59,703 nt of DNA from Nemertoderma westbladi. Lineage: Eukaryota; Animalia; Xenacoelomorpha. The notes under the pieces were generated by a model. It was not told where the DNA came from. It made no database searches and was given only the letters and a program-made list of their open reading frames with translations. Shown here in pieces: positions 24,889 to 38,004 of the stretch. The stretch spans positions 1 through 59,703 of the forward strand of contig JAUCBJ010008904.1 in assembly GCA_032718475.1 (NCBI GenBank), written 5' to 3'. How positions within the stretch are numbered: the stretch's first letter is position 1; each line of letters starts with the position of its first letter. The position numbers and the translations under genes were made by a program.

Positions 24889-25953
24889 CAAGGTGTACTA
24901 AATAACAGGTCATGCAGCGAGCTGATTGCTGAAATTAGCGGAGGCCGATCGTTTCCCTATTTATGACACTATTTTCATAATATTTTCTTAGAAACCTCTC
25001 TTATGCAACTTTGGTTAGGTGGATATGATGACTAGGGTTCATAGCAATGTAATATAATATATAATATGTCTTTCTGGAATTTTTATCTTGTAGTTGCCAA
25101 GGTATCCGGGTGCAAAGTTCAAATTTCGAGCGCCTGTAATTCAAAACGACAATGGATTCTGTTCTTGAGATTTGGTATATGAGTAAAGGGAATAAAAGTC
25201 TATCAAATTATTTTACATTTAAATTTTTTTTCAATCCCGTTTCCATGGTGACGGAAATTACGATAATTTCCCATTATGACCGCCAGATAGAAAGTGGGCT
25301 ACTATTTACTACTTATATAATTTTTAACATGCATGCCTGGTGGCTGTCCTTTATTTCTAATAATTGCTAACCGAAATGTAATATTCTGGAATGTCAAAAT
25401 CATGCTATCACAGGTCTTGCTCTCTAATTGGACGGTTTAGTTTATTTGCAAATATTGAGTTTTAAAAATATGATTCACAATTGACGAATTATAAAATAAA
25501 ATGTTGGCAATTTTAACTTATTATTTAGACTGACAAACCGAATAAAAATGGTGTTTTATAGAATTGGTAGACAATTTTTAAAATTTTTCATTCTACTTAT
25601 TTCCATGGCAACGGGAATGTAAACAAATTCAAATGTAAAATATTTTGCTAGACTTTGATTTCCTTTAATCACCTACCAAATCTCAAGAACAGAATCCATT
25701 GTCGTTTTGAATTACAGGCGCTCGAAATTTGAACTTTGCACCCGGTTACCTTGGCAACTACAAGATAAAAATTCCAGAAAAACATTTTATTACATTGCTA
25801 TGAATCCTAGTCATCATATCCACCTAACCAAAGTTGCATAAGAGAGGTTTCTAAGGAAATATTATGAAAATAGTGTCATAAATAGTGAAACGATCGGCCT
25901 CCGCTAATTTCAGCAATCAGCTCGCTGCATGACCTGTTATTTAGTACACCTTG
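24889..25953. mobile_element. Foldback-type non-autonomous element (P-superfamily-like), copy 2
   Basis: Same termini and core as copy 1; 8-bp TSD ATAAAAAT. Confidence 0.88.
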
Positions 25954-27869
25954 ATAAAAATACACTAATTGAGGTCGATATTGGTATTGAAGAATTTTGT
26001 TTGGCTCTATTAACGGAGAAACTAAAGAACTATTTCTAATCAATTAATATACTAGAATGAGTAGAAATTCTATATTAATAGTAAAGTACTTCAAGAAAAA
26101 AAGTATTAAATTTTTTTTTCAAAAGATACTAGCTAGAAAATAAATACTAGATAGTAAAAAAACTCTAGCTACCATAATAAATAATATTATCTACTAATGT
26201 TCTAGAACATCCACCAATAACAAAAAAACTAAAATTATTACTGGTATAAAAAGTAGTAGGGGCTGTACGGCTGCCATAGTAGTACCGGACACTAAAAGTT
26301 AAATACAATTTTAGATAATAAGTTATTTATTATTTTTGTTCTAATAAAATAAAACGTTTTTTTTGTTACTTTTAAAATAATTCCGCTCTCCAACTGTAAC
26401 ATTTCTTTTAGTCGATTACGACGGTAAATTAATAACTCTTGTTCATAATACTATTATCTATTATATCATAATATATCTGTCGTTCTAAATTCCATTTTGT
26501 TGGCTACAGTCTAGACATAATTGATCTGTGATTAATTTATTATCCTTCTTAGTCTAACTGACAGACATTACTAGCCATGACTGACTTATTGTTTTTGTTT
26601 AAGTTATTAGTTATTCCCGATTCAGGTTGTTACGTTAATCACCTTTTGTATTAATTGTCAATCATATTGCAGGCAGCACAACATCCTATTGAATAACAGA
26701 CGAAATGACGTCACCAATAATTCCACACATTCTTTTGATTTCGGTTATCACATAATCTAGTGAGGTAGACGCACTTCCCCAAAGACAACTCGCTCTATCC
26801 TGGGTGGAGGGTCATCCATCACGCCTCCCACCATATAGATCAGTGACGGGGGAATAGTACAATGGACTAACTACATGCACACCACCAGGGTACGGGAGGA
26901 CCTACCCGCTGCAACACCCCCATAGCCACAGAGTTCGCGATCAATTCATTGGCATTATACAGTACGTGCTGCGTGGGCTAGAGACAGAGTCGAAGGTCCT
27001 CAAGAAGTCTACAAATATGAAGGCGACGATCGCTTTCCTTGTAGACATTTATTCATTGATCCGCCTATTCGGAACCCATTTTGGTTTCCACACATTTACC
27101 TTTCAACAGGATTTCTTATACGGTAATACGGTTCAACATTTTTCTCTTGAATAGCTTAGCTGCAATCCAAACCTCGGCTGATTCCACTATATGACCCATA
27201 CCGATTACCTTTCTTAGGGGCAGCAACTAGATTACTAGTCCTAATTTCTTGGGGTGCGCTCTTTGCGCGGTAGATGTCGTTAAGAATGGTTTGGATTAGG
27301 TGTAAGTATTCTTAGATCTTAAATATCTCAGAAGTTCGTGATCAGCGCGACAGACTTATTTGTCTTAGTAGAAGCTCCATCAATTTGTAATTCAGGAAAT
27401 GTGATTTTCTGTGGGGATGTCTTTGAGCATTGTGGCCACTGTGGGAGACACTCGATGCATAGTGAAGTCATCAGAAAATACTAGATCAATATTGAGTAGT
27501 TTCTCAAACTCTAAATGAGCCCTCCAACCAGTCAGGCAATTATATAAATCGATATTCTGCTGTTACCCGGGCAGTTGGTTGGCTTCTACAAATGTGATTA
27601 TTCATTATTCGTTATGTGTTCCTGTTAATTATAGCAACGGTGATATCCATTATGATTTCAATATAAAGTGTATATAAATTTATATGACGTTGTGGAAAAT
27701 TCGAACACTCGAATGCTTTTATTAATTTTCGTAAAAAAAAAGAATCAATTATCACCAAGATTGTGTGGGCTATATTATAATGTCATAAAGTCTCCATCGA
27801 TAGTATTGTAATTTTTGAATGAAATATATTTTATCAACTTTATGCTTTTTTATTATCTTTTTTTTCTAG

Positions 27870-27994
27870 TGTTTAATGCATTTAGAGGAAAGCTTACAAC
27901 AGCTGTGGAACAAGAGCTCCCTTCTAGCATGTTACCTAGCAACGTCCAATCATTCGACTTATTTGGATATAAATCACATGACTCAGTTCTTAGG
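27870..27994 (+). CDS. FNIP1/2: FNIP homolog penultimate coding exon
   Basis: tttctag|...|gttagt; CLMHLEESLQQLWNKSSLLACYL resembles FNIP [23 protein letters not shown]; phase 0-2. Confidence 0.9.
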
Positions 27995-28323
27995 GTTAGT
28001 AGGTAGTCATCTTTTAATATGTGAGTTTCTAATATCTCCCACGGATTTTTTAACTTTTAAATCTAATAATTTGTATTTTAGTTATATAAGAAGGATGTCG
28101 AAGGAAGGAAGTTAACTTTCTTTCTGCGACAATATTTTTATAACGACAACAGAAATTATGTAGTGTGACAGTTATTAAAATTTGAAATCAAATTAGTAAT
28201 TAATTTATCCCTTAATTTAATATGATACGAAACTTTTACTGACATGAAAAAAAATATATACCACAATTTGCAAATTTACTTTAAAATTAAATACCGTTTT
28301 AAAATTGTAGTTAAAACAATAAT

Positions 28324-30500
28324 GGGTCGTTCTCACAAAAAGTGGCCAAACTTTTATGTCAAAATGGCCATGCATTCACACGGTTATATTTCCAAACGAC
28401 ACAGATTTAACCCCATGAACCTATATACCAATCGGAAGAGCGGAAATCTGCTCATATTTCAGCAAATTTTCAACAGATTCCATTCACAACCTAGAGAATG
28501 ACACCATTTCAAATATCGAAAATGCATGTTTTTTGAAATGTTACATTGAATTATTTTGAAATATTTGGCTTCTGAGCTAAAGTAATGAAAGCAAAGGTTC
28601 CACATACCATACATCAAAATATAGCAAATTTAATGCTCTTTCACATACTATTGTTGGTTTTAAACCGAAGCTACTCACATTTTATATATTTACTATTTAC
28701 TAACAATTAATTACGCCGTCACTAGGATTTTGTCCACCATGTAACGCTCGTTTTTATGACATGGTTTTTTTTTATATATTCACAACATCTCCAAGTGAGA
28801 TATTTCTAAACGGCGATTTATTTAGCTATCAGCAGGTAAAAGAATTATACGAATTCGTTAATTAGAACTCGAGCATTGTGCGAAAACGTAAATCTACAAT
28901 AAATACCGTCATTGGGAATGTCCTCAATGTAACGCTACTTTGAATAGCGATACCGTTTGCCTTAGTAATCATATCGACACCATTGAGGGCTCATATGAAA
29001 GAGCAATCGCAGATCTATCGAATCACATATTAGATTTTAATATAGTTTCAGAACAGACTATAGCCAGAGCCATGCTAATGAAAAATGTCTTCAATGTCCA
29101 TCATGTAACTCATGTAACGCTGACACAATCAATAGCGTTACACTTGAGACATGTCCACCATGTAACGCAGTTGGGCCTGAATTTCCTTAGCAGTACGAGT
29201 GGCGTTTATTTTTACAAATCAAGCAGTCAGGGTCAAATTAACAATTATCGACGGTTTCTGTATTTCGGTATTTAGTATAAACTACTGTAGTAGTAATATT
29301 GTATCTGGAGTCTGTACCTAGTACTACCTAAAGGGTTTAGGAAAAGCTCATGAGTTTACCTTTCTTTATTTCGGTTATAAAACAGTACTTCTTAAGTCAA
29401 CGTCATGCAATTACAATTGTCAAACGGAATTAAGCGTGCTGTGTCTGGTAAGAACTTCTCGATTGAAGTTAGTGATGGCGTTACGCGTGAAGAACTTAGT
29501 TAGATATTAAGTTAGTGATGGCGTTACGCATGAATGACTTAGTTAGAGATTAATTTAGTGATGGCGTTACATGTGAAGGACTTAGTTACACGTGAAGGAC
29601 TTAGATATTAAGTTAGTGATGGCGTTACACGTGAAGGACTTAGAGATTATGTTAGTGATGGGATGGCGTTACACGTGAAGGACTTAGAGATTATGTTAGT
29701 GTTGGCGTTACACGTGAAGGACTTAGAGATTAATTTAGTGATGGCGTTACATGTGAAGGACTTAGTTACACGTGAAGGACTTAGAGATTAAGTTAGTGAT
29801 GGCGTTACACGTGAAGGACTTTAGATTATGTTAGTGTTGGCGTTTCACGTGAAGGACTTAGAGATTAAGTTAGTGATGGCGTTACACGTGAAGGACTTAG
29901 AGATTATGTTAGTGATGGTTTTATGGATTCCGTTAACTATTTTGTACAATTATTGTTACAATAATATGTATATTCATATTGTATATACAATATTACAAAC
30001 GAAATAACTATAACTTGCTGATTTGAAAAATATTATTTTTAGCCATTTGGTCGAGAAATCCTTAGTATACGGCTAATAATGAAAGTGACATTGCATGACA
30101 TACAAGTGACTGTTGAATTTCTGGTATATATTTTAAATGTCAAATCCTGGATACTGATTGGCTAATAAGTAGCGTTACATTAGAGACAACAAGTTAGATT
30201 GTGGGCGTTCTGTGAAATTAAGGCTTCTGATTGGCTAACAAGTAGCGTTACACCAGGGATAAAATGTTACATTGTGGACATTAGTTTTTCACGAGTAAAA
30301 CCTTACGACTTTACTAAAAAAAACGGCCCACTAGTGTATTCGAAATCGTCTCATCGAGAGCTTTCGAAATGTATATATTGTATGTATGTATGTATATATA
30401 TATATATATGTATGTATATTGTAATGTATATATTTATATAGTTTTGACAAAAAAAAATTTTTTTTCACTAAATCTTGGCCACTTTTTGTGAGAACAACCC
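28324..30500. mobile_element. Non-autonomous TIR element, Sola2-like
   Basis: TIR GGGTYGTTCTCACAAAAAGTGGCCAA; 4-bp TSD TAAT; dispersed GTAACGC/GCGTTAC motifs. Confidence 0.75.
29467..29920. repeat. ~39-bp minisatellite inside the Sola2-like element
   Basis: AGTTAGTGATGGCGTTACACGTGAAGGACTTAGAGATTA, about 10 variable units. Confidence 0.92.
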
Positions 30501-30981
30501 TAATAATGGAACCCCACTGATTTTTACTTTGGACTTCCGCTATGAGTAGGTATGTACATACTGAACCGAACGGTACACCGCGCGGTGTACCGGAGGCCCA
30601 GCGGTACACCGCTGAGTGTGAACGACCCTGCAGTATACGAGGAGTATCTCAGCGGTAAAATGATTTTGATTACCGTTGACTGTGCACGACCCAACACGTA
30701 TGTGTGCGGGAGCCCGCGCGGTTTACCGCAGCCAATTGTAATACTGATATTAAACTGAATGTTTAGACTGTTGAATTACCTGTGAACAGATAGAGGACCA
30801 GTTACCGCAACGGTACCGTTGAGTGTGAACAACTGGTTACGGGTAGTAAACCGCTGGCTTACCGCTCCAATGCCGTAACACTAACCATTGGGACCAAACT
30901 CCCTGTCTACGTGTAGTTTACCGCTCATTTCACGTTTTTCACAAAAATACCAAATAAATAAAAGGCTGCCGTAAGTTTAGC

Positions 30982-31451
30982 TAGTGTTTAAACGGGATTC
31001 CGGTCCTGAACTCGATCCCGAAAAACGGGATTCCGGTCCTGAACTCGATCCCGAAAAACGGGATTCCGGTGACAAATGCAATCTTGGCCCCGATCCCGAC
31101 TTTTTTGCCACGGGATCCCGAAGTAAATTTAGTTAAGTAAATTTGTTGAATATCTGATAAATAGTTCCAGCAGAACGGATATGTTTTGATTATATCGAAT
31201 TTTTATGTCAGTAAATCATCCAGTAATCTGTTGCGAATTTATTTATTATTTATTTATTTAATAAAACTTTATCTTACTAATATTAATATTGCAGAAGTCT
31301 AAGATAAAGTGATTGTTACACTAAACCCGCCACATATACTATTAACTTTAGGGAAATTTAATCCAAAATTGCAATCCCGATCCCGAAATCCCGGGTATAT
31401 CCCGGTCCCGATCCCGGAAATACCGAAAAGTCTGATCCCGTTAATACACTA
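30982..31451. mobile_element. hAT-like MITE
   Basis: TAGTGT..AACGGGAT / ATCCCGTT..ACACTA ends; subterminal ATCCCG/CGGGAT repeats; degenerate TSD. Confidence 0.6.
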
Positions 31452-31522
31452 ATTTAGACTAAGTTAAAGTTAAAGTTTTTTTTCAGTTGAATTTCTGTAA
31501 TAACGTATTTTTTTTATTTTAG

Positions 31523-31574
31523 GGTGGATGAAACAGACTTAAATCTTCTACTTTCCTTGGCCTCAGCTGTTTAA
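31523..31574 (+). CDS. FNIP1/2: FNIP homolog terminal coding exon
   Basis: ttttattttag|G GTG...; (G)VDETDLNLLLSLASAV* resembles FNIP GIESSDLPLLAAVAS; completes the phase-2 codon; stop at 31572-31574. Confidence 0.85.
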
Positions 31575-34500
31575 AAACAACAACTGAAATTAAATTATAT
31601 CGAGGAGTTAATTGATTAAATGGATGACACTGTCACGCGTTTGTCACGCGTTTGTCACGCGTTTGTCACGTGTTTGTGACGTGTTTGTTTCTTTGTATAT
31701 AACAACATTCAAATCGACGAGTTTCTCATCAATCAAAGGTTCATAAATCCGACCGCATATAATTCATGTATAACTCGACTAGTTTATAAATCGCGACGTC
31801 TAATTGAATATCTCTAACCTATAATTAATTATCGACGCGTCTCTAAATCAACAAATTTATAAGTCGACGACGAGTTTATAATCCGAGAAGTTTGGAATGG
31901 GCGAGTTTGTTTCTCGGCGAACTCTAGAGCATCTCATTACAACGAATTTATTAATCGACCTGTCCTTTATCGGACGGGGTTATATCAATGAGTTTTGAAA
32001 CATCTTATTCAAACATTTAATAGTCAAGTTTAAAAACAACTATTTGTTAAACATTATTAAATAAACCCTTTAGTTTTTTATCTTTTATATCCCTATATAT
32101 AACGGCTAACATGATAAATTAAATCTGGATTTAATGAGGATATAGTTGCTATACTAATATTGTTATGAAGATTTGATTTATAATAATGAAAATAATTTGT
32201 GTTGGACATCTGCCAGTTTTCAATAATTTCACCTGATATTCATCGAGTTATGGAATACTAAATAACGGAATACGGAACCGCGTTGGAATATATTAGCCGA
32301 ATTTTTTTTAACCTTTATTTATTTGCAACCGTTTAGTTAAAGTGTACTGTATGTTGGATGAGTTTTTGATAAAAGACCACATGGTCGTCGAGCCTGTTTC
32401 TATGATGTTTAGGATGTATGTCTATGATGAAGCATAACTCTGTTACTGCTGTACTGTAAATTTTATTTGAATTGCATCAAGCAGTCAAGCTGTCAAGTGT
32501 CACTGCTGTACTGTAATTATGTCGCCACTTTGTGGGTCAACAAATCGCTATGATACACTACTTGTGGAGTCTGACGACGACTCAATTGATGTACTGTCGC
32601 AAGACCCAGGGGTTGACGAAGATACCGGTACTAATAAAAGTTTTGAAATTCTCCTAAAAATCTGCACCAGAGGGGATTTAAAATAATACATCGACTTTTT
32701 TTCGGAATTAGTGAAATGTTATAGTGAGGAAATAGTTACTAATGCAAAGTTAGCGTAAGCTGTGTCAATCTGGCAAAATGTAAGTTTTGGTATACTTTGA
32801 ATGTCCACACGTGCAGAATAGATATATTTGTTTATCGAATAATATTCCTTTTCTTTAATATTTTCAGCTTATAAAAGTAGCGGGGAACCAAAGGAAAACG
32901 TTTTATTTGTTTAATAATAATATGTTTGATGTTATTGTCATCTTATTGACACTGATCTTATTCTTAAATAGCAGAAGACGTTCTATTTATTTGCAACATT
33001 AAAGTTTTTTGTTGATCATGTGGAAATAATATTGTTTTCAATATTGGTGCAAAGTCAAGGATGACCGAGTGCAACATATCCTACGTAAAGTTAGGCGATC
33101 AATGAATCTATAAAGTTAGGCGATCAATGAATCTATAAAAGCTTCATTCATAACCTCAGTACTTCAAACTTATTTTCACGCAAAAATAAGCAAACATAAT
33201 AATGTTATTTCACACCTCACTTTTTATAACATATACTGGGTTTTGTAGTCGACAGAGCCAATACCTTTTATACTAAATACATCGCTTATAGCTGGCTTTT
33301 GAAACAACATTTAATGCGTTGACATTGAACATTATGTATTATAACTTTATTATTATGTGGCTATATAAAATCTGAGTGTAAATAATACTGGCAGAATATT
33401 CGCCAACAGGGAATTTTATTTATTATTTATTAATTATAAATTCTTAAATTTTGGGGTGAGTCACAAAGTATGCGAACGAGTATAGCATAAAGGGTATAAA
33501 TAATAGCGGTACACTGTGCCGCTATTTCAACCGTTGTCGGACGTTCTGTCTTCCGTCTAATGTTTGATCCGCACATATGAAGCCTCATTCTTTGTTAACT
33601 TGTAACCAAACTTGGTGCACATGTAGTCTGTGAAAAGTCTGAAAAATAAATTGCGTGGGGGACTCAGCAGTTATTCAGTTCCCCGCTAGAGGGCGTCTAT
33701 GCAACGGTTGATAGAGTGTTACCCGTATGCTTGGCTTGCTTACCTCCCGCCCACCCCCTCCCAGGAACGTGTTAACCACGTAAAATATATGAGCTTTAAG
33801 AAAAGCAACGCGTACATAGCTTAGCAACGTCCTTAGCAGCGCAAGCTCAATTATTACACATTAATATATTTTCAGGATTGGCAAAGATATTATGTTGTTT
33901 GTAATTACCCTTTGCATATGTAAGTACAAAACCGTCGCACTGGACATTATGTACCGCAGACGAAGTAAAAAACCGTCGCACCGGACATTATGTACCGCAG
34001 AAGAAGTAAAAAACCGACGTACAAATGTCATAAAATATGTAAATTTTTAATTTGTAATTTTTTTTAAATCAAATGTCAAATGACATACGAAAAGAAAGAA
34101 GGGTGAGAGTAAGTAATGTTTGTACATAGTTTAAACACCGTTAAGAGTCGTTATATATTCTCTATTATAATTAAAGTATTAAAATCGCAAGTAGTTACAT
34201 AGTTAGGCATTTTTAATTTATTTAATTACAAATTTATAACCTGCTTAATTATTTAATGACCTCAAAATTATAAGAATATGTCAACAACATTTTCGAACCG
34301 TTTTAGAATCAAGACGATCTTGTCCAAAATATTAAAATATTAATGATAATTCGAATTTTAAACAGATGTTTCTTCAATGATTACGGTGGGACATAGTGTC
34401 TGCGAGATAAATAACTTTCAGATAATATCTGCATTCAACGCACCGAAGAATATTGATGGCGAATTTGACGCCATATATTTAATATCAGAAGGTAAACCTT

Positions 34501-35006
34501 GTCGGTATAGCATTGAAAATAAACGAAATAATTAGTTATTAATAATTAATTTTCTGCGAATTTTCGTTACTTTTCTGTGGATATTGTTATTGTCCCAAAC
34601 CTAAAGTTGTTGTGTTTTTACATTTTGTAACGTAGCCATCTAAACGTGCGTTATAGCTGTTATATAACGTTGTAGCCGCAATTAACAATTACTGTAGCAT
34701 TCAAAGTAGCATCGAACATTTGCACCACTGGTACCAACGCACCAACAAATGTACGGGTATGTCTTCTATATAATAAATCATTCTTCCTTTATTTCATTCT
34801 CGCTCATTAGATGTAAGTTAAATATCTTAGATTTCTCCTTAAACCCCGGATGGCTAAACATAATCTTAGATAAATATATCGGATTTACTATTTTACAAAA
34901 AAAGTACCGTGAAACGTACATTATACATAACGCACAGTTGTTGTTAGCACCTATCAGTTAGTTAGGTACCGGAAACACAATATAGCACTCAAAACTGAGC
35001 ATACAC

Positions 35007-35233
35007 TTCACTGTGTCAAGTACAATGCACACATCTCCAATCAAACACTATATAACAGTGGAGGTGTATCATTGGTTCCCCCAAGCTTGACACTAGAACA
35101 AAGCCGCCTCCGCTTTGCAGGACATTGCTTTCGCCGTGAGGACCAGCCTGTGCATAATCTTGTACTTTGGCAGCCTCATGGAGTGAATGGACAGCCTATG
35201 ACTTTCTTGAGACGCATCTTAAAGGACACTGGC
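35007..35233 (+). mobile_element. Second copy (fragment) of the RTE element, cut by BEL element 1
   Basis: Nearly identical to ~9097-9333; ends abruptly at the LTR terminus. Confidence 0.9.
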
Positions 35234-36476
35234 TGTACGCGCTTTTGAAGACCTTTAGCAGTTTAACCTGCCAAAATTTATATGTCTTTTGGTTTATAAA
35301 TAGACTTTAGAAGTTGACAAATATTTAATACCAATAAACACAACATTAGCAGAAGCCAGCCTAGTGCGCGTCCATTCACCCGCTGGATATACCCGGGAGA
35401 CTGGATTCTGAGGGCTTTGATTATTATTGCAGTGTAAGCTTACTGTATTATTCGATTGATCGTTAATAAATAATTTCTGACTAATATTATTCACTTTCGG
35501 GAAATATTAACAGTTCCTTTAGGACGTGGCGCTCTATCTAGGTAAACAGAGATATGACTTATACTAATGACAACGGTAAGTCGGTAAGGCTTATGATTCA
35601 CGTATGAGGCGCATTCTTTAGGAAATGCTTAGTTATCAGTCACAATCAGGCACACTACCGGTAACACACAATACTGCTCACTAATTTGCCGACCGTCAAT
35701 GAATTTTATCATATAAAGAGAACAGCAACGGACTCATGTAGTGCTTATCAAATAGCATTAAATTCACTACAAACCACAATAATATAAGTCGCAATCGCTA
35801 TATATAACCCGTCTCTCTAACCTGTAGTGTATCAAGAAAATTGGGAAATTTGGGTTCTTTATAGATGTTATCCAAATAATATTCAACCAAAACACAACAG
35901 TAAATATCAGTATAATAATGTATGTTGAACCGATAATGTAAGACTGAATTGAGATAAGTGAAGATAACAGTTATACGCTCTATAATTTAAGCCTACTAAT
36001 GTTTCTTCTAAAGTATGAAAACGAGTTGACTCTAGAGCCGGTGTTCCTGGCCTAGATAGAAACAACACAACAGTATCAAGAAAAACAGTAAGACTGAACA
36101 CTCCTAGCACAATCTGCCAAAATATCTCCACATCGACAGAAAAAATCGCTCTGATTGGCTGTTAAGCTAAACAAAGAACCATGTGTCCAATGGCCGTTTC
36201 CATGTCAGCAACCAGCTGTTAGATGTCGTAAGCTGAATCATCAAGGCTAAGCTGTGCCAGGGTATTTGGTGCATTGCGGGTTTTTTGCCTTACCATGTCC
36301 GCCAAAGCACACATATAGAAGAATGACGTTTATGTCCGTTAAAACACCTATAACGGTACCTTGCGGGCGAGGGGGATATATATATAGTTAGAGAGCTTTT
36401 TAGAGTATTCCAGCGCCTGGGGGGAAACTGGATTGCAAAGCAAAAGGGCCAGTTATATCCCACAGAAGCTTTTACA
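35234..36476 (-). repeat. Complete 3' LTR of BEL element 1 (1243 bp)
   Basis: Minus strand TGTAAAAGCTT...GCGCGTACA; preceded by the purine-rich PPT TGGGAGCGG (36477-36485); 35234-35827 nearly identical to 46806-47401. Confidence 0.9.
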
Positions 36477-36554
36477 CCGCTCCCAGAAAATGGGATTTGA
36501 GTCTATAAAATATACAAAATCACAGTTTCTAATATACGTAAATACTCTAAACAG

Positions 36555-38004
36555 TTAGTCTTTCTTACGCGGACGGCATTTACGCAGTTTTTTAAAGCTA
36601 GCCAGAGTCTTTTTCTCTTTGGGGCGAGCCACTTTACAAGGAGGGCTATAACTCCTGGGTGAAGGGTGCAATATGATTGCATCAGAGGGTGTAGGATTAT
36701 GGTCGGTGTATCCGCCAGTCGAAGTACCGGGTTGATTGACATCAACGTCGGGGGAGAGGGGTCTAACGGCTTTGAGAGCTCGTTTTAAGACAGCCGCTCT
36801 TACGGGTCCTTTACGAGTGGTCTGAACGAGAGCCGTGGGTGGACCATAGGCAGTTAGAAACCTCCGGGGTTTAATGGTTCTTTCCAACTCGCGTTCACAG
36901 GCTCGGTATTCATAAGGCCGTCGATATACTTCCTGTAACTCGGGGTGTGAGTTAACAAATAAGTCTCCATAGTCCGGGTCCTGACGGATATAATTGATTA
37001 AGCTATAGGAATGAAGGTCGCTAGGATTAACACTCCTGAGAAATTTGCGTACGAACTTGGTTGAAATACATTCTCCGACGCGCTTCAGTAGTTCGTAACT
37101 CGATATGGGTGATTTCTGTTCGACAGAAGCGAATAGATAAGGATGGAACGCATAAACTCCTTCGTAAGCGCGTCCAGGATAATAACGATGGTGCGAATCA
37201 CAATGTAAATCAGCGTTCGCTTCCCAAGCTCTGATGTAACGTAGTGTGATCATTTCATCTACGCTTTCCAAATCGTGATAAAAAAGGGCAATCGAAACTG
37301 GCGCGTCCCTTTAGTTGACAATGGTGCCATTGAGTCATAAATTGAGGGCAAACCGCAAAAATGTGCAAGTTATTGAGTCTGCAATACGCGCAATAAATTT
37401 CCATCGCCGGTTGTTCGTGGAAATAGGAACAGCGGACGTTTGTGTCCATGGGCGTAACATGGTCTCTCGATGCGCATAACCGACAACGTTGCCGAGAAAC
37501 ATAGTTGGCATGGCGATAATCGTACGCAGTGAGACACTGTGGACCTTGATACCATTCTAGGATGTAATCGTTGTCGCTGTTCCGGGCGCGATAGGCTGAA
37601 TCTCCTCAGATTCTAGGCATATTGGTTCGTCTTCCCAGTCTGTTACGAATAGAATTTTCGTGATCTATTTTCGGTTTATCGTTACGACTCCGCTGGGTAT
37701 GATATTTAAATAGAACCATTTCCCTTTTGGTGTCTACATCGTCCGTATCATGTAAATCGATAGGATGGCCGGTAGTTAGGAAGTCCATATACGTACCATT
37801 ACGATGCGTATAGCGAGCGGTGAATTTTCGATAGTCCAATTCACGCGTAAGTTGCTCTTGGGACATCGGCGGTTCGATATAACGACCATCGTCCTCCGTA
37901 ATGGTTGGATCGGCTTCACCGCGTATCAAGCTATCCACAAATGCTTGTAAAGGTAGAGTATATCGCTCCCTGATACCAAGATCACCTTCTATCAACTCCA
38001 TCAT
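36555..38004 (-). pseudogene. Accessory ORF of BEL element 1 (~480 codons if repaired) with tandem CCHC zinc knuckles and a basic C-terminus
   Basis: 38004-37255 is one frame with a single TGA (37606-37608); a T-run frameshift near 37285 links it to ORF 37271-36555; CRLC....H, CAYC.....H....C and a degenerate third knuckle. Confidence 0.7.

Larger units (their letters stand above)
21427..26280. mobile_element. Old TIR element hosting several nested insertions
   Basis: Inverted ends ACTATGGCAGCCGTACA.CCCC / GGGG.TGTACGGCTGCCATAGT; TSD not resolved. Confidence 0.55.

Noticed and set aside
31600-34990. Possible second gene downstream of FNIP
   Set aside because: Only short repeats (TGTCACGCGTT x4-5, a 40-bp duplication at ~33930) and unclassifiable TE-like debris; no consistent exons found
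37606-37608. In-frame TGA as selenocysteine or programmed readthrough
   Set aside because: No SECIS seen, and the same ORF has a frameshift and degenerate knuckle residues, so decay is simpler; the family consensus would settle it
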